The notes below the pieces were generated by a model that was not told the DNA's origin, did no database searches, and saw nothing but the letters and a program-made list of their open reading frames with translations. From contig DATBQR010000016.1 of NCBI GenBank assembly GCA_036560705.1, forward strand, positions 3,133 to 67,132: a DNA stretch of 64,000 bases, given 5' to 3'. Each line of letters starts with the position of its first letter. The stretch's first letter is position 1. This document shows positions 49,688-57,927 of the stretch, piece by piece. The translations under genes and the position numbers were made by a program. The DNA comes from Burkholderiales bacterium. Lineage in GTDB: Bacteria; Pseudomonadota; Gammaproteobacteria; Burkholderiales; SG8-39.

Positions 49688-51352
49688 TCAGCCCTTCTTT
49701 TCCCGCGCAGGGTGAGGATGGGCGCGGCGTATGGTCGGCGACAGCACCTTGTCCGAGACGTGGAAGTCCCAGACCGCGGCGCCGCCGGTGGCGGCGAACT
49801 CCGCGACGAGCTTCGGCAGGTCCTTCAAGTCCTTGAAGGTCTTTCCCGCAAGCCCGAAGCCGCGCGCGATGCCGGCGAAATCGGAGTAGCCGAACACCGA
49901 GCCGTCCTCGGGCATGCCTTCCGAGCGCAGCTTGTGAACCTCGGACCCGTACGCGCCGTCGTTCATCACGACGACCAGGATCTTCAGTCCATGGCGCTTG
50001 ATGGTTTCGAGCTCCTGCACGTGCATCATCAGGCTGCCGTCGCCGTCGAACAGCACGACGGTCCGGTCGGGGCGCGCTGCCGCCACGCCCATCGCGAAGG
50101 AGATGCCGTTGCCGATCGCGCCAAACTCGCGGATGGTGAGGAACCTTTCCTGCGGGCGCGAGGGCATCTGCGCGAAAAACCACGAGCAGTGGCCGCCCGA
50201 GTTCACCATCTCCCAGTCCCGCGGCAGGGCCTTCTCCAGCGCCTCGACCACGTCGCGCGGGTCGAGCAGGCCGGGCGCGATATCGAACTTCATGCTGTCG
50301 GGTTTTGTGGCGCGAATGCGCGCGGCCATCGCATCGGTGCGCCAGCTTTGTTTGCGAGCCGGCAAAGCTGCAGTCAATGCCTCCACACCAAGACGCGCGT
50401 CGGCCCGCAGGTGATGGCGCGCCACTTCCTGGCCCTGGCTGACCGCCACGGGATCGATGTCGATCTGCAGCATCTTCGCCTTCGGCCAGAGCTGGCCGCC
50501 GCCGCCCGCGTGGTAGGCGAGCGAGCAGCCGACCGCGACGACGAGATCGGCTTCCTTCAGGTACTCGAGGCCCACCTCGGGCGTGAAACTGCCCGAGATG
50601 CCGATGCAGAAAGGATCGTCGTGGAACAGGCCTCTCGCGGGCAGCGTCGTCGACAGCAGCCCGCCCGTCTTCGCGGCCAGCGCCCGGCAGGCGGGCCCGG
50701 CGCCGGCATCGACCGCGCCCAGGCCGGCGAACACGACGACCCGCTCAGCGCCCGCCAGCAGTTGCGCGGCCTTCGCCACGTCGTCGGGATGCGGCGGAAT
50801 CGGCGAAGGGCGCGGCAACAGCTCGCGCGAAGGCTTCGGCAGCTTTTCCGGTCCGTCCCATGGACGCGCCTGCAGGTCGAACGGCACGCCGACCACCACG
50901 GGCCGGCGTTCGCGGCGCGCCTGCAGGAAGGCGTCGCGTATCTCGACCGGCATGCGTTCCACCATATGCAAGCGACGGTACGCGGCGCCCGTCGCGGTGA
51001 TGAGCGGCGCCTGGTCGATTTCCTGGTTGTACCAGCCGCTCTTCAGCGGCGCTTCCCCCGCGAACACCACCAGCGGCAGGTGCGCGCGCACGGCCGCGGG
51101 AAGCGCGGTGATCAATTGCGTTACGCCGGGCCCGCAGGTGACCGTCGCCACGCCCACGTCCGAATTCTTTCGCGCATACGCCATAGCGGCGGCGAGCGCG
51201 CAATGCTCGTGCCGGACGTAGATCATGCGGCAGCCCTGCTCCATCAGCCGCGAAGCCCAGTTCATGTTCGCGTCGCCGAGGAGCGCGAAGCAGTCCTTCA
51301 CGCCCTCCTGTATGAAAGCCTGGGCGAGGATGTCAAAAACGTGGAGCTTCAT
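49688..51352 (-). CDS. thiamine-pyrophosphate-dependent enzyme (acetolactate synthase-like)
   Basis: 554 aa with the three-domain TPP enzyme layout and C-terminal TPP motif …GAIGNGISFAMG…DGDGSLMM…. Confidence 0.9.
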   Translation of the reverse strand: MKLHVFDILAQAFIQEGVKDCFALLGDANMNWASRLMEQGCRMIYVRHEHCALAAAMAYARKNSDVGVATVTCGPGVTQLITALPAAVRAHLPLVVFAGEAPLKSGWYNQEIDQAPLITATGAAYRRLHMVERMPVEIRDAFLQARRERRPVVVGVPFDLQARPWDGPEKLPKPSRELLPRPSPIPPHPDDVAKAAQLLAGAERVVVFAGLGAVDAGAGPACRALAAKTGGLLSTTLPARGLFHDDPFCIGISGSFTPEVGLEYLKEADLVVAVGCSLAYHAGGGGQLWPKAKMLQIDIDPVAVSQGQEVARHHLRADARLGVEALTAALPARKQSWRTDAMAARIRATKPDSMKFDIAPGLLDPRDVVEALEKALPRDWEMVNSGGHCSWFFAQMPSRPQERFLTIREFGAIGNGISFAMGVAAARPDRTVVLFDGDGSLMMHVQELETIKRHGLKILVVVMNDGAYGSEVHKLRSEGMPEDGSVFGYSDFAGIARGFGLAGKTFKDLKDLPKLVAEFAATGGAAVWDFHVSDKVLSPTIRRAHPHPAREKKG

Positions 51353-52134
51353 TTCAAGGGCGAAAGGCCCTGGACGCCATTCCGTTCGATCGAGCGGGCG
51401 ATGAATCCCGAGGCGTTCAGGTCCTGCACGAACTGCTTGAGATACTCGTCCGCCGCCGGCCGCCCGCGCGGGATGCTGAGACCATGGTTCACGGTCATGA
51501 AGCGACCGTCCAGCAATCGCGCGTCCGGCATCTTCGGCATGGAGTCGATCAGCATGGGCTTCAGCGCCGCCATCGCCTCCGCCTTGCGCTCGTTGATCAT
51601 GTCGATCGAACCCTGCAGGCTCTTCGAGTCGACCAGCGTGGCGTGCTTCAGCGCGCCGCGCAGGTAGAGTTCATAGCCCGCCTTCGCCGGCGCGGCGATA
51701 CGGACGCCGGAGGAATCCACCTGGTCGACCGAGCGCAGCGGCGAGTCCTTGCGCACCACGTAAGTCGCCTCGATCGCGCTGATCGGCGGCGAAAAAGAGA
51801 TCGTCTTCGCACGCGACGCCTCGATGGCGAGGATCGCGACGTCCCAGGTGCCCTTGTTGACCGTGTCCGCCACTTCGGCCGGCGTCGAGTGCACAACCAT
51901 CTGCACCGGCACGCCCAGGCGCGACCCGAGCTCGCGCATCACGTCCACCGCCACCCCGCGAAGTTCCCCGGTCGCGGGATCTTTCGTCGTGAAGAGCGTA
52001 TTGGTGAGGTTCATCCCAGCGCGCAGCGTGCCGGTGGGCGCCAGTTCCGCGCGCGCCGCGGCGGGCACGTCGGGCGATGTCGCGCATCCGGTCATGGAAA
52101 GCACCGCCATAGTTGCCGCAAATAGTCTGAGCAT
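51349..52134 (-). CDS. family-3 solute-binding lipoprotein (amino-acid type SBP), no cognate permease nearby
   Basis: 261 aa with lipobox LSMTGC. SBP_bac_3-like body. ATGA overlap with the TPP enzyme gene. Confidence 0.85.
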   Translation of the reverse strand: MLRLFAATMAVLSMTGCATSPDVPAAARAELAPTGTLRAGMNLTNTLFTTKDPATGELRGVAVDVMRELGSRLGVPVQMVVHSTPAEVADTVNKGTWDVAILAIEASRAKTISFSPPISAIEATYVVRKDSPLRSVDQVDSSGVRIAAPAKAGYELYLRGALKHATLVDSKSLQGSIDMINERKAEAMAALKPMLIDSMPKMPDARLLDGRFMTVNHGLSIPRGRPAADEYLKQFVQDLNASGFIARSIERNGVQGLSPLK

Positions 52135-52203
52135 TTCATTCTCCGATTCTCCAAGGCTTCAATTTTTCAAATGTCGCTGTTGCGTCGCCAGTATCCAACT
52201 TCT

Positions 52204-53691
52204 CTACGGCGCGCGCACCTTTGCCATCCAGCCGAAGCGTTTCTCGCCAAGCTCGAAGGCGCCCTGTACGATGAGCGCGAGCGCCGCGGCGGGAATGGCG
52301 CCGGCCAGCAGCGTCATATTGTCGTTCAGCGCCAGGCCGGAGACGATGCGCTCGCCGTAGCCGCCGGCGCCGACAAAGGCGGCAATGGTCGCGGTGCCGA
52401 CGTTGATCACGGCGGAGGTCTTGATGCCGGCGAGGATGGAGGGCATGGCGAGGGGAATCTCGATGCGCCAGAGCCGGTCCTGCTTTGCGAGGCCCAGGGC
52501 GAGTGCAGCCTGGCGCATGCCCTTGCCGATCGCCTCCAGCCCCGCATAGGTATTGCGCACGATCGGCAGCAGCGCATACAGGAACAGCGCGATCAGCGCC
52601 GGCACGGTGCCGATGGTGCCGAGCAGCGCGATGAGGAACGCGAAGAGCGCGAGCGACGGGATGGTCTGGATGACGCCGACCGCGCCGAGAACGACCTGGG
52701 TCAGCGCCCTCACTTTGTGGGAAAGAATCCCCAGGGGAACCCCGACGGCGATGCTGGCGGCCAGCGAGACGAACACCAGCACCAGGTGTTCGCCGGTCAG
52801 GCGCCAGAAGTCGGGGCCGAACAGGACGGAGGTGAATTTCCTGTCCGTTTTATTTTCCGATTTGAATCCGGAACTGAAAAGCGCAGCCGCTTCCGCGAAG
52901 CTCCTGCCCTGCAGCTCGGCGGCGGCGTTCAGGCGGATCATGGTCCGCTCGTCGATGCGGCCTGCCAGCTTCTGCAGTGCCCGCCACGCTTCCGGCAGGC
53001 GCGCCGGCACGTCGAGCCGGTAGAGCAGCACGGCGTCGTAGCGCGGAAAGAACTTGCGGTCGTCTTCGAGCACGCGCAGCTTGTAGCGCTCGATCTTGGC
53101 GTCCGTCGTGTAGATGTCCATGACGTCGATCTTGCCGGCGGCGATCGCTTCATAGGCAAGACCGTGATCCAGCCCGGAAGGCGCCGCGAACGGCATTCCA
53201 TACGCCGACGCCAGCCCGGGCCAACCGTCTCCACGGCCGATGAATTCCTGCGACAGGCCGAGCTTGAGTTCCGCGTGTTTCGCCAGATCGGAGAGCGAGC
53301 GGATGCCGAGTTCCTGCGCGCGCTCCTCGCGCATCGCCAGCGCGTAGCTGTTGTTGAAGCCCAGCGGCACGGCGACGCCCAAGCCCATGGGCGCGAGCGC
53401 CCGGTTCAATTCGGCCATGCCCGGATTGCCGTCCAGCTTGAGGATTTCCTTGGCGATGGTGCCGGTGTATTCCGGATACAGGTCGATGGAGCCCGCCTTG
53501 AGCGCGGCGAAAACGATGCCGGTATTGCCGAGGCCCTGCCGGTGCGTGACGGTGACCTGCGCGTCGCCCGCCGCCCTGGCGATGATCTCGCCGAGGATGT
53601 ACGACTCGGTGAAGCGCTTGGAGCCGACTTTCAGGGTTTCGGCGTTGGCGGGAAAAATGAAAACGGAGAATAAAAGCAAAAGCCACTTCAT
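52204..53691 (-). CDS. glycine betaine/choline-type ABC transporter, fused substrate-binding domain and permease
   Basis: 495 aa. Signal peptide, then an OpuAC-like SBP (…GSKRFTESYILGEI…), then a BPD-type permease (…ALGLAKQDRLWRIEIPLAMPSILAGIK…). Confidence 0.9.
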   Translation of the reverse strand: MKWLLLLFSVFIFPANAETLKVGSKRFTESYILGEIIARAAGDAQVTVTHRQGLGNTGIVFAALKAGSIDLYPEYTGTIAKEILKLDGNPGMAELNRALAPMGLGVAVPLGFNNSYALAMREERAQELGIRSLSDLAKHAELKLGLSQEFIGRGDGWPGLASAYGMPFAAPSGLDHGLAYEAIAAGKIDVMDIYTTDAKIERYKLRVLEDDRKFFPRYDAVLLYRLDVPARLPEAWRALQKLAGRIDERTMIRLNAAAELQGRSFAEAAALFSSGFKSENKTDRKFTSVLFGPDFWRLTGEHLVLVFVSLAASIAVGVPLGILSHKVRALTQVVLGAVGVIQTIPSLALFAFLIALLGTIGTVPALIALFLYALLPIVRNTYAGLEAIGKGMRQAALALGLAKQDRLWRIEIPLAMPSILAGIKTSAVINVGTATIAAFVGAGGYGERIVSGLALNDNMTLLAGAIPAAALALIVQGAFELGEKRFGWMAKVRAP

Positions 53692-55457
53692 GCCGCGCGT
53701 TCGAGCCGTTTCGTCTCGCTGTCGAGGAACTGCAGCGCCGCCAGGTTGGCGTAGAGGCCGCCCTGCTTCATCAAATCCGCGTGCGCGCCCTGCGCGACGA
53801 TGGCGCCGCGGTCCATCACCACGATGCGGTCGGCGTGCTGCACGGTGGCGAGGCGGTGCGCGATCACCAGCGAAGTGCGGCCCCGCTCGAGCGCTTCCAG
53901 CGCCTGCTGCACCATGCGCTCGCTCGCCGCGTCCAGCGAACTGGTCGCCTCGTCCAGCAGCAGGATCGGCCGATCGGCGAGCAATGCCCGCGCGATCGAC
54001 AGGCGCTGGCGCTGGCCGCCCGAGAGCGTGACGCCGCGCTCGCCGAGCAGCGTGTCCATGCCCTGCGGCAGCCGGTGGATGAATTCGAGCGCAAACGCCT
54101 GTTCGCAGGCGCGTTCCGCCTCTTCGCGGCTCGCCTCGGGCCGGCCGTAGCGGATGTTATCCATCACGCTGGCGGCGAAAATCACCGGGTCCTGCGGCAC
54201 CACGGCGATCAGGCGCCGCAGCGCGGCGGGATCAAATTCGCGCAGGTCGGTGCCGCCGATGCGCACCGCGCCCGATTGCGGATCGTAAAAGCGCAGCAGC
54301 AGCGCGAGCACCGTGGTCTTGCCCGCGCCCGAGGGGCCCACCAGCGCCACCCGCTCGCCCTGCGAGATGACCAGCGAGAAGCGGTCCAGAGCGGGCGTGC
54401 CGGGCCGCGCGGGATAGGCGAAGCCGACGGCGTCGAAGGCGATCTCGGTGTGCACCGGGCGCGGCGCGGGCAACGCCGGCGCGCGAATGGCGGGTTGCGT
54501 ATCGAGGATCTCCATCAGCCGCTCGGTCGCGCCCGCGGCGCGCTGCAGCTCGCCCCAGACTTCCGACACGGTGCCGGCGCCCGTCGCCACCACGAAGGCG
54601 TAGAACACGAAGGCGGACAACTCGCCCGCCGTCAGGCGCCCGGCGAACACGTCGTGCCCGCCGACCCACAGGATCACGCCCACCGCGCTGAACGCGATCA
54701 GCATCACCAGCGCGATCAGCGCCGCCTTCTGGCCGATACGCGAAACCCCCGACCGGTAGGCCGCCTCGGCGTGCCGGCCGAAGGCCGCGCGGTCCGCCTC
54801 CTCGTGCGCATAGGCCTGCACGGTGCGGATCTCGTGCACCGCCTCATCGACGTAGGACGAGACATCGGCGACGCGGTCCTGGTTGTCGCGCGACAGGCGC
54901 CGCACGCGGCGGCCGAGCAGCAGCAGCGGCACCAGCGTGGCGGGGATGCCGAGCAGCACGCAGGCCGCCAGCTTCCAGCTCACCACGACCATCATCACCG
55001 CGGCGCCCAGCATCATCAGCAGGCTGCGCACGAACATCGACAGGCCGTAGCCGATCACCTGCTGCAGCAGCGTGGTGTCGTTGGTCAGGCGCGAGATCAC
55101 TTCGCCGGTGCGGGTGGCTTCGAAATAGCCCGGCTCGAGCGCGAGGATGTGATTGAACACCGTCCGGCGCAGGTCGGTGACCACGCGCTCGCCGATCGTC
55201 ATCATCAGGTAGAAGCGCACGAAGGTCGCCGCCGACAGCAGCGCCGCGACGCCGACCATCGCCGCGAGCGCGCCGTTCAGCAGCTGCGGATTGGCGCTGC
55301 CGAAGCCGTTGTCCACCACGTGCCGCAGGCCCTGGCCGAGCGCCAGCACGCAGCCCGCGGCCACCACCAGCGCGAGCAGCGCCGTAAAAATTTTCAATCG
55401 ATACGGCGCGATAAAACGCGCCAAGCGCAGCGCATGCTTCATGGGAGTACTGTACAT
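53688..55457 (-). CDS. ABC transporter, fused transmembrane and ATP-binding domains (exporter type, ABCB/MsbA-like)
   Basis: 589 aa. Six-TM exporter domain, then Walker A GPSGAGKTT, signature LSGGQRQR and Walker B ILLLDEATS. The start may be the second Met at 55442. Confidence 0.92.
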   Translation of the reverse strand: MYSTPMKHALRLARFIAPYRLKIFTALLALVVAAGCVLALGQGLRHVVDNGFGSANPQLLNGALAAMVGVAALLSAATFVRFYLMMTIGERVVTDLRRTVFNHILALEPGYFEATRTGEVISRLTNDTTLLQQVIGYGLSMFVRSLLMMLGAAVMMVVVSWKLAACVLLGIPATLVPLLLLGRRVRRLSRDNQDRVADVSSYVDEAVHEIRTVQAYAHEEADRAAFGRHAEAAYRSGVSRIGQKAALIALVMLIAFSAVGVILWVGGHDVFAGRLTAGELSAFVFYAFVVATGAGTVSEVWGELQRAAGATERLMEILDTQPAIRAPALPAPRPVHTEIAFDAVGFAYPARPGTPALDRFSLVISQGERVALVGPSGAGKTTVLALLLRFYDPQSGAVRIGGTDLREFDPAALRRLIAVVPQDPVIFAASVMDNIRYGRPEASREEAERACEQAFALEFIHRLPQGMDTLLGERGVTLSGGQRQRLSIARALLADRPILLLDEATSSLDAASERMVQQALEALERGRTSLVIAHRLATVQHADRIVVMDRGAIVAQGAHADLMKQGGLYANLAALQFLDSETKRLERAA

Positions 55458-55496
55458 GGGTCCCCGCCTTCGCGGGGACGGCGGCGAAGAAAGCGT

Positions 55497-57812
55497 CTAC
55501 CGGCCGTAGAAGCGGTAGTTGTTGCGGCCCAGTTCCTTGGCGCGGTACATGGCGACGTCGGCGTTGCGCAGCAGCGCCTCGCCGTCGCCCGCGTCGAGCG
55601 GGTAGAGCGACACGCCGATGCTCGCGCCGATGACGAAGTCGCGCCCGTCGACCTGGAACGGCGGCACCAGCGAGCGCAGGATCTTCTCCGCCACCACCTG
55701 GCAGTCGCCCTCCTGCTGCAGGTCGGGGATCACCACCACGAATTCGTCGCCGCCGTGGCGCGCGAGCGTGTCGGCCTTGCGCAGGCAGCCCGCGACGCGG
55801 TGCGCCGCCTCGCGCAGCACCGCGTCGCCCGCGCGGTGGCCGAGCGCGTCGTTCACCTGCTTGAAACGGTCGAGGTCGACGACCATCAGCGCGATGCGCG
55901 AGTCGCGGCGCTGGGCGAGGAAGATGGCCTGCCGCAGGCGGTCGTCCAGGAGCCGGCGGTTGGGCAGCCCGGTCAGCGTGTCGTGGTAGGCGAGGAAGCG
56001 CGCTTCCTCCTCCTGGCGCTTCCTCTCGGTGATGTCCTGCGACACGCCGATCATGCGGTGCACCCGGCCGGAGGCGTCGGCAAGCGTCTTGGCGTGCGAA
56101 GACAGCCAGGCGATGCGGCCGTCCTGGCGGATCACGCGGTATTCGTTGGTGCAGGGGCCCACCTGCTCCCACGCCGTGCCCACGACGTTCAGGTACCGTT
56201 CGCGGTCCTCCGGGTGCACCATTTCCAGGTACTCCGACCAGCGCGTGGTGGTGCCCCCGGCGGTGCCGACGATCGACGAAGGATCGCGGCCCCAGTGCAG
56301 CTGGTCGGAATCGCGGTCCCATTCCCAGTACATGAGTTCGGCGGCGTCCACGGCGAGGCGCAATTTCTCGACGTTTTCGTACAGCGCGGCGGCGGCGGTT
56401 TTCTCCGCGGTGATGTCGCGCGCGGTGCCGGTCGCGCCGATCACGCCTCCTTTCGCGTCGCGCAGCGGCACCGCGTTGAAAGACAGGTCCACGCGGCTGC
56501 CGTCGCGCCGCATATGGCGCGTTTCGTAATCGAATATCGATTCGCCCGACAGGACGCGGCCGAAGGTCGCCTGGTCGCGGTCGCTCACTTCCGGCGCGAG
56601 CAGATCAGTCGCGCTGCGGCCGATCATCTCGCTCGCCTGCACGCCGTAGATGCGCCGCACGGCGTCCGGGTTCAGGTAGGTCCAGAGCCCTGCTGCGTCG
56701 ACCGCCCAGATCAGGTCGTTCGAGGTCTCGACCAGGTTACGGTACATGGCTTCGCTCTTCCTCAGCGCGCGCTCCGCGGCGTGCCGCTCGCTGGTGTCGC
56801 TGTAGGTGACGACCACCGAGGCCTGCGGCAGGTCGGGATTCAGGGCGCGGCCGACCGCCCGGCACCATAGCGGGCTTCCGTTCTTTACCCGCATCTTGAA
56901 TTCCCCGTCGAGCACCTGCCCGCCGGCAAGCAGTTTGTAGCGCTCGCCCGCCTCGTTCCAGAGCTCTTCGGTGGGATACAGCACGCGCGAGGACTGGCCC
57001 TGCAGTTCCCCGGGGCCGTAGCCGAGCATCTGCTCCAGGCGCCGGTTGCAGCGCACGATGACGCGGTCGGACATGAACGCGACGCCGACCGGCAGCAGGT
57101 CGAGCACCAGTTTTTCCTCGACCAGCACCCGTTCGTAGGCGTCGCGCGCCTGCTGCAGCTCCTTCACGTCGTGCAGCGCGCCGTCGATCGCTCCCTGCAG
57201 CTGCGCCTCGCTCTGCGCCAGCCTGCCCACCAGGTCGTCGTTCTCGATGCGGGTGCGCAGCGTGCGCAGGATGCCGTCATGCAGATTACGGTAGACGCGC
57301 GCCATCACCGCGCCGAACACGGCCACCATGAGCGCAAGCAGGTAGTAGGTGCGGCCTCCCTGCAGCGCGAGCTGGAGCACCACGCTGAGGAACGGCAGCG
57401 CGCCGAAGCTGTAGAACGCCGCGCGGCTGGGGGCGTACACCCCCGCCGCCCCGATGATATTGCCGCCGACGACGAAGATGACCGCCAGCTGCAGCAGCGG
57501 ATCGCCGGCGGGGAAGAAAACCAGCGGCGGCAAGCTCCACAGCGCGCCGGCGGCAAGGGCGCCGAGCGCGAAATATGCCTCGTGGCGCCGCGGGTCCGGA
57601 TCGGGCGCCGCGGACAGGTGCCGATGCAGGCCGATGCGAACGGCGGTCAGCGCCACCAGCGTACCGAACCAGGTGAGCAGCAGCTCCGCGGGAAACGCTT
57701 CCCACAGGACGAGCAGCAGCAGTCCCGCATTCGCGACCGTCGCGTAATACGCGGGCCGCGACACGTTGAACAGCGCCGCGACGCGCGCGGCAACGAGGCG
57801 TTCGTCAGCCAT
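55497..57812 (-). CDS. membrane-anchored PAS-PAS-PAS-GGDEF diguanylate cyclase
   Basis: 771 aa. N-terminal polytopic membrane region, three PAS-like repeats, and a C-terminal GGDEF domain (…RHGGDEFVVV…). Confidence 0.92.
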   Translation of the reverse strand: MADERLVAARVAALFNVSRPAYYATVANAGLLLLVLWEAFPAELLLTWFGTLVALTAVRIGLHRHLSAAPDPDPRRHEAYFALGALAAGALWSLPPLVFFPAGDPLLQLAVIFVVGGNIIGAAGVYAPSRAAFYSFGALPFLSVVLQLALQGGRTYYLLALMVAVFGAVMARVYRNLHDGILRTLRTRIENDDLVGRLAQSEAQLQGAIDGALHDVKELQQARDAYERVLVEEKLVLDLLPVGVAFMSDRVIVRCNRRLEQMLGYGPGELQGQSSRVLYPTEELWNEAGERYKLLAGGQVLDGEFKMRVKNGSPLWCRAVGRALNPDLPQASVVVTYSDTSERHAAERALRKSEAMYRNLVETSNDLIWAVDAAGLWTYLNPDAVRRIYGVQASEMIGRSATDLLAPEVSDRDQATFGRVLSGESIFDYETRHMRRDGSRVDLSFNAVPLRDAKGGVIGATGTARDITAEKTAAAALYENVEKLRLAVDAAELMYWEWDRDSDQLHWGRDPSSIVGTAGGTTTRWSEYLEMVHPEDRERYLNVVGTAWEQVGPCTNEYRVIRQDGRIAWLSSHAKTLADASGRVHRMIGVSQDITERKRQEEEARFLAYHDTLTGLPNRRLLDDRLRQAIFLAQRRDSRIALMVVDLDRFKQVNDALGHRAGDAVLREAAHRVAGCLRKADTLARHGGDEFVVVIPDLQQEGDCQVVAEKILRSLVPPFQVDGRDFVIGASIGVSLYPLDAGDGEALLRNADVAMYRAKELGRNNYRFYGR

Positions 57813-57927
57813 GCGTCAAGCTATCCGCGGCGGCGGGGAGACGGCCGGAACTGCTGCACGTGGATGACCATTCCTTGCAAAACACCGATAGACGGCATTC
57901 TATTTCCGACGCACGCCGGCCGGAGGG

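Noticed and set aside
48200-51667. 1155-aa plus-strand ORF
   Set aside because: It is antisense to five well-supported minus-strand genes (bPH, cupin, MarC, TPP enzyme, SBP), with junk composition.
55460-55479. GTCCCCGC-CTTC-GCGGGGAC hairpin between the diguanylate cyclase stop and the ABC gene start, as a terminator
   Set aside because: It has an 8-bp GC stem but no following U tract on the coding strand. It sits 2 nt from the annotated ATG of the ABC gene, so its function is unclear and I did not call it as a terminator.
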